From: Trichosphaerium sp. ATCC 40318
Lineage: Eukaryota; Protista; Tubulinea
NCBI GenBank assembly: GCA_038496445.1
Contig: JALMLS010000479.1
Coordinates: 186,001 to 250,000, forward strand
Length of the DNA: 64,000 bases
Reading direction: 5' to 3'
Below the pieces are notes generated by a model that saw nothing but the letters and a program-made list of their open reading frames with translations, was not told the DNA's origin and did no database searches. The position numbers and the translations under genes were made by a program. Below are positions 38,901-51,676 of this stretch, piece by piece (position 1 is the stretch's first letter; each line of letters begins with the position of its first letter).

Positions 38901-39456
38901 TTTTTCGAATAACCCAAAAATGAAGCAAATTGCACCGAATGCAACAGACACAATGAGAATAAACCTAAAAATAACACAATAAATATAAATATTTAAACAC
39001 GTGGCCAAAAAAAAAAAACAAAAAACAGTTTGTCCAGACCAATGTAACAGCGATAAGTCGCTTGGAGATTTCATAAAAATCCATTCAAAGAAAAAATATT
39101 ACTTACCAAACAAAGTGCGCAAGTTCTCTACTCATTGGCGTTGCAACTTCTTCTGTAGTCTGAACGAGGTACGCTATTTTACCAATGGCTGTTCTATCAC
39201 CAGTAGCAATAACTATACCAGCACCTTCACCTTCTACTGCGAGTGTACTGTAAAAAGCAAGATTTCTAGTCTCAAAAGAAAGCTAATAAAAGTTAAACAA
39301 AAACTTGAAATAAAAAGGTAAAGCTACATTGTAATCGAATAACTTACCTCATCTGTCATTTCTACCGATCTAGGTTGAGGTTCAGATTCACCAGTAAGTG
39401 AGCTATTGTCCACTTTAAGCATATTGGTTCTAATAATACGAATATCAGCCGGGATA
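32271..39456. repeat. Fold-back inverted repeat 1: arms 32271-~35760 and ~35971-39456, ~200-nt spacer
   Basis: The second arm is the near-identical reverse complement of the ATPase gene. The switch falls between the poly-A at ~35959-35971 and the poly-T at ~35760-35769. Confidence 0.93.
35971..39456 (-). pseudogene. Partial inverted ATPase copy 2 (lacks the 5' ~1.15 kb and the last two exons)
   Basis: Mirror ORFs match copy 1. It ends at a GGATA junction into an LRR gene. Confidence 0.85.
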
Positions 39457-40075
39457 ACAGATGAGGGTATCAAGGCATTGGCAGGTGTACATGACATAAA
39501 TCTGAGACAAGTGAGTGTTACAGATGAAGGTTTGAAGGCATTAGCAGGCGTTCACACATATCTTGCAGCAATGTGAGCTCATAACAGATGAAGGCATCAA
39601 GGCGTTGGCTGGTGTACATACTATCAGTTTATGGCATTGCAAGGTAAAAGCTCAGGTATAGAGGCATTGGTTGGTGTACATGACATTGACTTAACAGGAC
39701 AACAAACAGTAACAATACAATACCAAGGTTTAACTCAGGAAGGACATACTATCAGTAGGACTTCAACTGTCAAATGAGAAACTAAAAAGTTTCAGGTACA
39801 TACTATCTGATTTATCAATACCAAATGATATGAAACAAGGTTTAGAGCGCAAGCAGGTGTTCATTCTAAATTTGGATAGCAGTCCAATAACTGATGAGGG
39901 TATCAAGGCTTTGGCTGGTGTTCATTATATTTGTTTAACGTTTACAGATATTACAGATGTTGGTTTGAAGGCATTAGAAGGTGTCCACACCATCGTTGTA
40001 TCTTATTGTGAAAATATAACCCTTTCTGGTATTAAAGCTTTAGAAAAGACTGCACATAAGGTTGTATCATACTAG
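39452..40075 (+). pseudogene. 3' part of LRR3, with an indel-rich segment
   Basis: Matches 50916-51553, but ~39560-39880 is riddled with indels relative to the other two copies. Confidence 0.8.
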
Positions 40076-40584
40076 ATTTATCATATTCCAGAAACTATAT
40101 CACAAAGTTCTGCCAGGTGGATCACCAATAAACGTGTTACACGTGTTAATATGACATTTATTTTTGTAAGGTGATTGTACTAGTTAATAATTAATCAGTT
40201 CTACTATTACTAGGCCTTTACTGTCAAATTTATTTATCAGGTTGTACTTCAGCGACAGAGTCCGATATCCTCACTGAGGGTATCAAAGCGTTGGCAAGTG
40301 TACGACGTATTGATGTAGCAGGAACTAGTGTTATAGAAGATGGGATTAAGGCTTTAAAAAGTTTACAGTACCATCAGGTGCTTTGCAAGCAATTCAGCAA
40401 AGGTTTTGAAGATTCAATATATTTAGAAGGAAAAATAATAACTAGAGATGACTGAAATAGGACTTCTTATAAATCACCTCACCAGTTACCATTACAAGGA
40501 AAAAACTATCACATGATCTCTGTAAAAAATTAACTATTACTTTATCCTTATGATCAACTTTGTTTATTGAAACCAGTAAAAAGA

Positions 40585-42803
40585 TTAATCATTGATTGTA
40601 ATAGAAACTTTTTCTTCTTTCCATGATTCATCATCTCCATAGTAGTAAGGATCACCCATTGTATTGTTTACAACAGAATCATGTGTAGCAACTGTGAATA
40701 AAGCAACTGTTCTTGCCAACTCGTGTTGATACCTTTCAAAAATAGTTAAAAATCACGTGTTAAAATGGAAGAAACACGTGTTATTCTTACCCAACAATAA
40801 AATCAAAACTATTCAAGTAAGGAAATGGGAGGTCTGGGAGTTGTGGTGCGTATAATGATTCAACTTGAAGTTTGTTCCATGCAAGGTCAGTATCATTCAT
40901 CGATAGGATAAGATACATGTATGGGTACCAATCTGGGTACGTTCTCCATTGGTTGTTACCAGCGTCAACACCAGGACTTCCCTTATTTGTTGATGTAAGT
41001 AAAAAGTTTCAAATGATTTATTGTTTCGGTCCTTTAGACGTACTTCATTTGTTGGGCAGCATGAATACTCGTTACCCCACCAATTAGGTCCATATTGACC
41101 TCCGCATGGATTTTTAGTCATATTACTTGGGTTAGGATAGATGCAAACACCGTCTAGAACAGAATGTTAAAATTGATATTAAAGTAAGAAAATGGAGTCT
41201 TAGTACTTTGCTTGACATTAAATTCCAACCATTTGTATGCGCTTCCAGCCCAAATAGGATCAATCAATTCATGAGTCATAGGTGTTATTGGTAGAATTAT
41301 AATACCACACTCAAAGACGGCATTAGGACCGTAATAAGTCGCAGCATCAACTGAGTTTCCTAGAAAAAAAGTTTAAGTATTGCCTTCATTTCACATTTTG
41401 GTTGTACCGTAGAGGATTGTCATGCAGCGTTTTAATCTATTAATTTCCGGAGTTGGACGGTAAGACTCTTGTTCAGTCTTTTTGTCGGAAACAAGTTAAT
41501 GTACTTCAACGAGAAAAAAAGATGTAACCTAACATTTGACATACCTGATTATCCAACATGGCGTACATTTGAACACTCTTTATTTCCATTGCAGCTAATA
41601 TTCTTCCCCAATCCCGAATATTACTATCATTGGTAGCGATACCTAAATGTTATATCAGTACGACACTCCAAAACAAACTCGCCAAAAAAAAGTTACAGCC
41701 TTTTTCAATCAAAAAAAAAACTTGAGCTCTCTCTCGATTATAGCTTTAGTTTACCTAATAAATTCAATGCATAGTAAGCATTAACTGCTTCTCCATGAGA
41801 TTGCTGATTTACCCAAGATTTAAGTCTTCCAGAATAATCATATCCTTCAGCGTAAGAGTGACCATCAAACCAGTCCTTAACACAGTTAAGTACCACAACA
41901 CTTCTTGTATACTCATAAGGGCTACATACCTTATGACGAGCGAAAGTGAAGTAAGGATCGTTTTGATCATCAGGATTTGCGATATCACGTGCGAAAGCAT
42001 AAGCCTGTTTTGTAAAGTCTAAAACAAAATTAATTGCGAAAAATATGAGTTTTTTTGGGGGTCGGTTTTGTACTTTGCGTTTGGCTCTCGTTGAAGAATG
42101 TAACGTTTTTAATATTTTGTAGGTATAAAGGCCATGCCATTATCTTAATAATATATCCGTATTGAAAGTGGTGGTCATTGTAGAAGGCATTACCTGTACA
42201 ATATTTAACCCAAGAAAAAAAAAAGAACAGAAAAAATGAAAAAGAAAGTAAACTAAGATACCGTAGTTTCCAAATGCGTTTGTATCCTGTTGGATTTTGG
42301 CATCCTTCACAATATTCATCTGCAAATCGGTTATACCAACCAGTTACCAAACCACCCCATCTCATGTCGTAGTAAACCGCCATCTATTCATAAATTTGTA
42401 AATTGAAGACAGTATGTTTTTTTTTGTTTACTTGATCACGAAGGCAAGTCAAAGTGTTGTTGATTGGCGGTGGGCAAGGTTTAGGTTCCTCATCTTGGTA
42501 AGCCAAAACGTAGTTAAAGCAATCCAAAACATGTTCTATGAGTAGTTAGAAGTTAACCCTTCCTTTCTGAGAATTTTCTTGTTTTCTCAGAAAACGGATT
42601 TTAGACTAACCTGTCATAGTGATAGCCATATCTGTTTTATTCAAGTTCCATGAGATTATTGCAATGTCGGTGTACTTTGCTAAATCTCTAGGAGGAAATG
42701 ATGTTAAAAGACAGGAGAAGCAAATCAAGAATTCGTAGGTTTTTTTTTGTTGATTTGAAAAAAAAAGAAGTCATTGACGCACCTGACGTAAGAGTATAGT
42801 TCC
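40585..42803 (-). pseudogene. Partial copy of the GH81 gene (3' half)
   Basis: Matches 52064-54287, including FYNDHHFQYGY and KDWFDGHSYAEG. Confidence 0.82.
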
Positions 42804-43668
42804 GGAAATTAATAGATTAAAACGCTGCATGACAATCCTCTACGGTACAACCAAAATGTGAAATGAAGGCAATACTTAAACTTTTTTTCTAGGAAACTCA
42901 GTTGATGCTGCGACTTATTACGGTCCTAATGCCGTCTTTGAGTGTGGTATTATAATTCTACCAATAACACCTATGACTCATGAATTGATTGATCCTATTT
43001 GGGCTGGAAGCGCATACAAATGGTTGGAATTTAATGTCAAGCAAAGTACTAAGACTCCATTTTCTTACTTTAATATCAATTTTTAACATTCTGTTCTAGA
43101 CGGTGTTTGCATCTATCCTAACCCAAGTAATATGACTAAAAATCCATGCGGAGGTCAATATGGACCTAATTGGTGGGGTAACGAGTATTCATGCTGCCCA
43201 ACAAATGAAGTACGTCTAAAGGACCGAAACAATAAATCATTTGAAACTTTTTACTTACATCAACAAATAAGGGAAGTCCTGGTGTTGACGCTGGTAACAA
43301 CCAATGGAGAACGTACCCAGATTGGTACCCATACATGTATCTTATCCTATCGATGAATGATACTGACCTTGCATGGAACAAACTTCAAGTTGAATCATTA
43401 TACGCACCACAACTCCCAGACCTCCCATTTCCTTACTTGAATAGTTTTGATTTTATTGTTGGGTAAGAATAACACGTGTTTCTTCCATTTTAACACGTGA
43501 TTTTTAACTATTTTTGAAAGGTATCAACACGAGTTGGCAAGAACAGTTGCTTTATTCACAGTTGCTACACATGATTCTGTTGTAAACAATACAATGGGTG
43601 ATCCTTACTACTATGGAGATGATGAATCATGGAAAGAAGAAAAAGTTTCTATTACAATCAATGATTAA
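42801..43668 (+). pseudogene. Inverted partial copy of the GH81 3' end
   Basis: Reverse complement of 40585-41451. Confidence 0.82.
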
Positions 43669-44177
43669 TCTTTTTACTGGTTTCAATAAACAAAGTTGAT
43701 CATAAGGATAAAGTAATAGTTAATTTTTTACAGAGATCATGTGATAGTTTTTTCCTTGTAATGGTAACTGGTGAGGTGATTTATAAGAAGTCCTATTTCA
43801 GTCATCTCTAGTTATTATTTTTCCTTCTAAATATATTGAATCTTCAAAACCTTTGCTGAATTGCTTGCAAAGCACCTGATGGTACTGTAAACTTTTTAAA
43901 GCCTTAATCCCATCTTCTATAACACTAGTTCCTGCTACATCAATACGTCGTACACTTGCCAACGCTTTGATACCCTCAGTGAGGATATCGGACTCTGTCG
44001 CTGAAGTACAACCTGATAAATAAATTTGACAGTAAAGGCCTAGTAATAGTAGAACTGATTAATTATTAACTAGTACAATCACCTTACAAAAATAAATGTC
44101 ATATTAACACGTGTAACACGTTTATTGGTGATCCACCTGGCAGAACTTTGTGATATAGTTTCTGGAATATGATAAAT

Positions 44178-44815
44178 CTAGTATGATACAACCTTATGTG
44201 CAGTCTTTTCTAAAGCTTTAATACCAGAAAGGGTTATATTTTCACAATAAGATACAACGATGGTGTGGACACCTTCTAATGCCTTCAAACCAACATCTGT
44301 AATATCTGTAAACGTTAAACAAATATAATGAACACCAGCCAAAGCCTTGATACCCTCATCAGTTATTGGACAGCTATCCAAATTGATAGAATGAACACCT
44401 GCTAGCGCCTTTAAACCTTCATCAGTAACATTAGTATTTGATAAATCAATATCATATACACCAGCAAACCCTTTAATAGTCTCATCTGACAACTTGAAAC
44501 CACAAAGTTTGATAGTATGTACGCCTGACAAAACCCTTAAACCTTTATCTGTGACATTTGTTCCAGTTAAGTCAATGTCATGTACACCAACCAATGCCTC
44601 TATACCTGAGTCTGTTATTCCCTTGCAATGCCATAAACTGATAGTATGTACACCAGCCAACGCCTTGATGCCTTCATCTGTTATGAGCTCACATTGCTGC
44701 AAGCAAATTGTGTGAACGCCTGCTAATGCCTTCAAACCTTCATCTGTAACACTCACTTGTCTCAGATTTATGTCATGTACACCTGCCAATGCCTTGATAC
44801 CCTCATCTGTTATCC
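44178..44815 (-). pseudogene. Inverted 3' part of LRR3
   Basis: Near-identical to 50916-51553 and fused to ATPase sequence at TATCC 44811-44815. Confidence 0.82.
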
Positions 44816-47182
44816 CGGCTGATATTCGTATTATTAGAACCAATATGCTTAAAGTGGACAATAGCTCACTTACTGGTGAATCTGAACCTCAACCTAGATC
44901 GGTAGAAATGACAGATGAGGTAAGTTATTCGATTACAATGTAGCTTTACCTTTTTATTTCAAGTTTTTGTTTAACTTTTATTAGCTTTCTTTTGAGACTA
45001 GAAATCTTGCTTTTTACAGTACACTCGCAGTAGAAGGTGAAGGTGCTGGTATAGTTATTGCTACTGGTGATAGAACAGCCATTGGTAAAATAGCGTACCT
45101 CGTTCAGACTACAGAAGAAGTTGCAACGCCAATGAGTAGAGAACTTGCGCACTTTGTTTGGTAAGTAATATTTTTTCTTTGAATGGATTTTTATGAAATC
45201 TCCAAGCGACTTATCGCTGTTACATTGGTCTGGACAAACTGTTTTTTGTTTTTTTTTTGGCCACGTGTTTAAATATTTATATTTATTGTGTTATTTTTAG
45301 GTTTATTCTCATTGTGTCTGTTACATTCGGTGCAATTTGCTTCATTTTTGGGTTATTCGAAAAATTTTCATTCATTCTGAACGTTGTCTACTCTATCGGT
45401 ATCATTGTTGCCAATGTACCTGAAGGTCTATTGGGTACTGTAACAACAGCCCTCTCAATTACTGCGAGACGTTTAGCGGTAAAAAACGTTCTAGTAAAGA
45501 ACTTGGAAGCTGTTGAGGTACCAACCAATATCCATCTTCACTTTTTTTTGAAACGAAAAAAAGAAATAATAGCACTCACAATGTTGCAACTCTAGACTCT
45601 TGGATGTACATCTATAATTTGCTCTGATAAGACAGGAACCCTTACTCAAAATAAGATGACTGTACGCCATCTATGGTATGATTTGGAAGTAAAGGGTGTG
45701 GATCAAGAACAAGAAGATGCCTTTGATTCTCAAGAAACAACTTGCCAGAGACTCATCAGAATCGCTGGTCTTGCAAACCGTGCAGTATTTGACCCTAAGG
45801 ACTCTCAAACAGCAGTACCATACAGGTTCGTGCATTGTATTATACCTATCACATACGTAGTGAATCTTATGGTTGTATAGATTGACTATTGGTGACGGCT
45901 CTGAATCAGCATTGATCAAGTTTGTTCAACCAATAACCGATATTCTTGAGATGAGATCAAATTATGAGAGTGTCACTGAAATTCCTTTCAATAGCACTAA
46001 CAAGTACTCTCTATCAATTCATCGTCTTCCAAAGGATGAAACGCAAGGTGGAAAGTATTCTTATGTATTGTGTATGAAAGGTGCTCCAGAACGTATCATA
46101 CAGCGATGTGGTAGTATCATGGTTAACGGCGCTGTACGACTTCTTGCTTTTTTTTTTCCTTTTTTTTTTTTATGAAGTTGGTTGGTTTGTTGACGTCTTG
46201 TTACAGCCAGTAGCCTTGAAGAAAAAACATAAAACTGCATTCTCTGATGCGTATGATCAACTTGGTAATCAAGGAGAACGCGTTCTTGGATTTGCAGAGT
46301 TGTTATTGGAAACAAGTGAGTTCCCTACTGACTTCGAGTTTGATATGAAGACAATACCAATGGAAGGCAAGTCAATTGTTCGTTATCAGTTGTCTAATGT
46401 GATGTCTTATTAGATCTGTGTTTCATTGGATTACTTGCTATGATTGATCCACCAAGAGCAGCTGTACCAAATGCTGTCCGATTATGTCAGACAGCGAACA
46501 TTAAAGTCATCATGGTCACTGGTGCGACTTTCTTTCTTTTTTTTTCTTTTGGTTTTGACATCATGTTTTGTTGCAATGCAGTATTAAAATCTCCATAGGT
46601 GACCATCCAATTACTGCAAAGGCTATTGCTCGCCAAGTAGGTATATTCAAGGGAAGGACAGCAGAAGATATCGCCGCAGAAGAAGGCATTCCGCTTGATG
46701 AGGTAGATAAAAATGATGCTTCTTCAATTGTTGTACACGGTTCGCAGTTGGCTGAAATGGATGCCACTGAGCTAGAAGAGTATGTTTTTGATAAATTTCA
46801 AGTGAACGTAGTAGTCAGTGTTTGCTAATACATGCTTAGAGTGCTACAATACGAAGAGATTGTTTTCGCTAGAACAACACCAGAGCAAAAATTGTTGATT
46901 GTTCAAGGTTGCCAACGCATGGGCCATGTTGTTGCTGTAACTGGTGATGGTGTTAACGATTCACCAGCATTAAAGCGTGCTAATATTGGTATTGCTATGG
47001 GTATTACTGGAACTGATGTATCAAAGAGCGCTGCTGACATGATCCTCTTGTACGTCTAAGACTTGGGTTTGCTTTTTTTTTTTTTTTTGGTTGGCTGACT
47101 TTATGTTTTCAGGGATGATAATTTTGCCAGTATTGTGCTTGGTGTTGAGGAAGGTCGTCTTATTTTCGATAATCTTAAAAAG
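44811..47182 (+). pseudogene. Partial ATPase copy 3 (internal fragment equivalent to 32271-34646)
   Basis: Same exons and introns as copy 1, truncated at both ends by junctions to LRR genes. Confidence 0.85.
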
Positions 47183-47458
47183 ACAGATTGTATGTACTCC
47201 TGCGAATAGTGCTATAACCTTGGCTGAAGGAACCCAATATATACTAGCCAATATCTTGATTTTTGTGTGTTTAATGATTCCTTTGTGTTTTACAACTTCT
47301 TTTGCTTGTTCGTCTGTTGTTATACTTATACTATGGTACCCAACAATATCGTGAATAATAGAAGAAACGGTATGACACGTTTGACAAGCCGCAAATCGAT
47401 CTTCTGTTATATGACTCAATATCGCTGCTAGAATCTCAGTGGGCATGTCCAATAGCAT
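47181..47458 (-). CDS. N-terminal fragment of a second F-box/LRR gene (LRR2)
   Basis: [16 protein letters not shown]...[17 protein letters not shown]...[10 protein letters not shown] is homologous to the LRR1 and LRR3 N-termini. It is broken at the 47182 junction. Confidence 0.75.
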
Positions 47459-47926
47459 TGTTTGACTACGAACGTTATTTAGAGCATAACAATTAATTTA
47501 CCTTTTATTCAATGTATCAGACGCTAATTTAACCTGTTTTTTATTGCTTTCTGTGCGATCCATGGTGACTACTTTTCACACGTGTGGATTATTATTGAAG
47601 ACCATTGACTTTTTGGGTATAAAAAAAAAAAGGACTTCAATGAAAGTTAAGTATGGACGGCATTGTTGCCTTGTGGAAACAGGCTCCAACGTGATTTTCA
47701 TGTAACAAAAGGCCACAAACATGAACGATTCAGCAAAAGTAACCTGATGGTGTTTGTACTCAATGGCGAAGCAGGTTGGAGGGAGATGAATAATTTTAAA
47801 TATTTAAAAGCCATACTGGTTAACAAAGTGCTATTTGCATGTTTATTTACAAAGGGGTATATCGGTCACATCCACTTCGGGATGAGACTTGTTAAATCTC
47901 TTTTTTTTTTTCACAGTGTTTTTTTT

Positions 47927-49794
47927 TTAATAGTATGTGTGCTTTGCAACAAACCCTACATAACAATATTCAATATAAAAAAACCAAAACAAACAAAACA
48001 CAAAAAAATAAACACCCGTACCTTCTGGATAAGTCCTTAGAATCCATTTACGAATTTCATCATAAACAAACTAAAAAAAACCGTGAGAATAGAAAATTGA
48101 ATGAAAAAAAAAAAAAACACGTGATTATCATTTTGACGTACGATTAAAACCGCGAAAGGAAGTGGTGTAACCCAATGAATGAACGATATAGGTTCAGTAG
48201 CAAAAGCGCTATTCATAAAAGGCACATAGACAATAAACAATGCCAGTGCAGTTTCAATAACCAATCCAGCATTCAAAACCCAATTTCTAAGAAAACAGAT
48301 TAACTCTCATCGTTTTGTTAACCTGTGAACTCATTCACGTACTTCATGCCTTGTTGGAAGAGTGATAATCGTCTTGTCTTTGTGATAAGCAAGCAAGACC
48401 ACTGAACAACAATAATAGCAACGAAAAAAGCAGTCTGTGCACGTCGCAATAGTGTTCTCCTTGTAAGTTCAAAGCAAGGCCAATTAGGTTCAAAAGTCAT
48501 GCTCCCATTGACAGCACCAGCAGTATGCCAACATAAATCATAATACTCTGATGTAGTGTTTGGAAGTACTGCAGGCATTGTAGCGTTGACCACAGGTGGT
48601 ACAAAGCAATTTACAGATCCAGGTCCGAAAGAAATTCGGCAGACTTTAGTTTCGTCAATATAATCATCTACGATACCAACAAGCATCCACGGATGGAATC
48701 CTCTACCATTAGGATAATCACCTTCACCCATGGCGATAAAGTAGGCATAGAACCCTGCTAAAGCTGAAGAAAGAAAGTGAGTAATAGTTGTCAAACAGAC
48801 GTTATGAACGTACCTTGCATAACACCGATCTGAAGATAAGAAAACCCAATTAATCGCATACCAACAAGCCTAGATGTCAGCTTTCTAGGGTGACGTTTCA
48901 TAATATCTAGTTCTGGTCCTTCATATGCCTACAGTTCAAAGTGAGTATAAATCAGTCATTCAAACATTTGTTTTCTAAGTTCCAAGTTTAAACTGTGCCC
49001 TTTCTGGTGACGTACCAAAGCAATGGCTGGAAGTAGATCTGTACCAACATCAATAGATAGTATAAGAACAGTGGTCAAAGGAAGTGGAATTTGGAACAAG
49101 ATGAACTATTTAAAACAATTGATTAGCACAACACAACACAACAAAAAGAAAACAAAAAAAAAACACATACTGCAACGAAAGGAAACAACTCAGGAATATT
49201 TGAAGATAGTGTGTAGGCGATAGACTTTTTAAGATTATCGAAAATAAGACGACCTTCCTCAACACCAAGCACAATACTGGCAAAATTATCATCCCTGAAA
49301 ACATAAAGTCAGCCAACCAACAAAAAAAAAAAAAAAGCAAACCCAAGTCTTAGACGTACAAGAGGATCATGTCAGCAGCGCTCTTTGATACATCAGTTCC
49401 AGTAATACCCATAGCAATACCAATATTAGCACGCTTTAATGCTGGTGAATCGTTAACACCATCACCAGTTACAGCAACAACATGGCCCATGCGTTGGCAA
49501 CCTTGAACAATCAACAATTTTTGCTCTGGTGTTGTTCTAGCGAAAACAATCTCTTCGTATTGTAGCACTCTAAGCATGTATTAGCAAACACTGACTACTA
49601 CGTTCACTTGAAATTTATCAAAAACATACTCTTCTAGCTCAGTGGCATCCATTTCAGCCAACTGCGAACCGTGTACAACAATTGAAGAAGCATCATTTTT
49701 ATCTACCTCATCAAGCGGAATGCCTTCTTCTGCGGCGATATCTTCTGCTGTCCTTCCTTGAATATACCTACTTGGCGAGCAATAGCCTTTGCAG
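47927..49794 (-). pseudogene. Partial ATPase copy 4 (3' part equivalent to 34077-35943)
   Basis: Includes the terminal GFVAKHTYY* exon and runs on into intergenic DNA and the LRR2 start, showing the native downstream order. Confidence 0.85.
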
Positions 49795-50089
49795 CGTACA
49801 CTCTGTTGCTATTCACTATGGGGGAAGTTTAACAGAAGATGGAATCAAAACATTGACCAATGTCAAACGCCTTGTGCTTCAGTATTGTCCTACAATAACT
49901 GATTTGAGCTTTGAGACATTGGTCAATCTTGAGCAACTGACACTGGGTGGATGTGGCAAGATTACAAATGGTTGCTTGAAATACTTAAAATCTCTAAAAC
50001 GTGTTATATCTTGGGGTGAATCTGGAGTAACAAAAGACGGTGTTGAGTCAATGGGTATCCAATATATTCGGAAAATACGTAGAAGTTAA
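49790..50089 (+). CDS. C-terminal fragment of an LRR gene (probably LRR2)
   Basis: VHSVAIHYGGSLTEDGIKTLTNVKRLVLQYCPTITD...LGGCGKITN...RRS* begins at the junction with ATPase copy 4. Confidence 0.7.
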   Translation, partial: CSVHSVAIHYGGSLTEDGIKTLTNVKRLVLQYCPTITDLSFETLVNLEQLTLGGCGKITNGCLKYLKSLKRVISWGESGVTKDGVESMGIQYIRKIRRS

Positions 50090-50530
50090 GTCCGAGGTAA
50101 CTGATTGCTTATGTTAGTACAGTAGAGAATGTGTAACGAAAGGGTGTCAATTTGTTTGCGGAGATTCTCGCTAAAATCCTCAAAAAATAGCCTAAAATAT
50201 TATTCTCCTTCTTCCTTAACATCTTGCTGTAGTCAGAAAAGGGTGGCACAGGAAGGCCAAGCGCCATTCCAATGTCATAATATAAATGGTTTACTGCAAC
50301 AACAAGGCACTACAGTAAATGTATCATTTGCTCTAAATACAACGAATAGCGCCACACGCATCTTGAGTTTTTTTTTACACGCAAACCAAAATGAATGGCA
50401 ACGATTAAGCCGTTGCTATCTTTGATTGAGTGGACTGACTTAAGCATCGCGAAGAAAACGCCTCTAAATAGCCATACAGGTCTATTCATAGCACAAACAA
50501 CAAAAAAGGACAAGCGTTTACGGATTATTA

Positions 50531-51553
50531 ATGGACGAATACACAGAAAACACAAATACGGACCGATGCGCCCTGGTGTCGCTCCCAGTTGAAGCAATTG
50601 TTCATATCCTGAAGCAGGGAGCGTATGCGCTTCGCTCAGCTCAAACATGCCGTCTCTTGCGAGATATCATCCATAACCACATCGGATACGATTGCATTAA
50701 CATTAATAGCGAAATCGAAGTGGAAATCCTCTCGAGGAGTCCTATATTGCGAAATACGTGTATCACTTACGCAAAAGACTTTGTAGTGAACGACACTCAC
50801 TTGCGCTTGCTTGCAGGTGTACAAAATATCGTGTTGTACAACTGTAAATCAATTACAGATGAGGGCGTTAAGATGCTAGCTGGCGTGCATACTATCAACC
50901 TAGCGTGTTGTAAATGGATAACAGATGAGGGTATCAAGGCATTGGCAGGTGTACATGACATAAATCTGAGACAAGTGAGTGTTACAGATGAAGGTTTGAA
51001 GGCATTGTCAGGCGTTCACACAATTTGCTTGCAGCAATGTGAGCTCATAACAGATGAAGGCATCAAGGCGTTGGCTGGTGTACATACTATCAGCTTATGG
51101 CATTGCAAGGGAATAACAGACTCAGGTATAGAGGCATTGGTTGGTGTACATGACATTGATTTAACTGGAACAAATGTCACAGATCAAGGTTTAAGGGTTT
51201 TGTCAGGCGTACATACTATCAAACTTTGTGGTTTCAAGTTGTCAGATGAGACTATTAAAGGGTTTGCTGGTGTATATGATATTGATTTATCAAATACTAA
51301 TGTTACTGATGAAGGTTTAAAGGCGCTAGCAGGTGTTCATTCTATCAATTTGGATAGCTGTCCAATAACTGATGAGGGTATCAAGGCTTTGGCTGGTGTT
51401 CATTATATTTGTTTAACGTTTACAGATGTTACAGATGTTGGTTTGAAGGCATTAGAAGGTGTCCACACCATTGTTGTATCTTATTGTGAAAATATAACCC
51501 TTTCTGGTATTAAAGCTTTGGAAAAGACTGCACATAAGGTTATATCATACTAG
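50531..51553 (+). CDS. Intronless F-box + LRR protein (LRR3), complete
   Basis: 340-aa ORF with F-box-like LVSLPVEAIVHIL...QTCRLLRDII and about ten LAGVHxIxLxx(C)[10 protein letters not shown] repeats. Confidence 0.88.
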   Translation: MDEYTENTNTDRCALVSLPVEAIVHILKQGAYALRSAQTCRLLRDIIHNHIGYDCININSEIEVEILSRSPILRNTCITYAKDFVVNDTHLRLLAGVQNIVLYNCKSITDEGVKMLAGVHTINLACCKWITDEGIKALAGVHDINLRQVSVTDEGLKALSGVHTICLQQCELITDEGIKALAGVHTISLWHCKGITDSGIEALVGVHDIDLTGTNVTDQGLRVLSGVHTIKLCGFKLSDETIKGFAGVYDIDLSNTNVTDEGLKALAGVHSINLDSCPITDEGIKALAGVHYICLTFTDVTDVGLKALEGVHTIVVSYCENITLSGIKALEKTAHKVISY

Positions 51554-51676
51554 ATTTATCATATTCCAGAAACTATATCACAAAGTACAGCCAGGTGGAT
51601 CACCAATAAACGTGTTACACTTGTTAATGTGACATTTATTTTTGTAAGGTGTATTGTACTAGTTACTAATTAATCA

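Larger units (their letters stand above)
37078..47182. repeat. Fold-back inverted repeat 2: arms 37078-41451 and 42801-47182, ~1.35-kb spacer
   Basis: Both arms contain the same ATPase/LRR chimeric junction (39452-39456 and 44811-44815). The turn-around uses a TCC overlap at 42801-42803. Confidence 0.93.

Noticed and set aside
31114-49794. Adaptive four-copy Na+/K+-ATPase amplification
   Set aside because: Only the first copy is complete. The others are truncated at junctions.
44178-50089. Apparent ATPase-LRR fusion ORFs (44178-44861, 47021-47458, 49682-50089)
   Set aside because: They read antisense ATPase DNA across chimeric junctions and are not coherent proteins.
35944-50089. Transposon with terminal inverted repeats, or a programmed invertible cassette
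   Set aside because: No transposase, recombinase, target-site duplication or shared recombination site. The junction overlaps are unrelated to each other.
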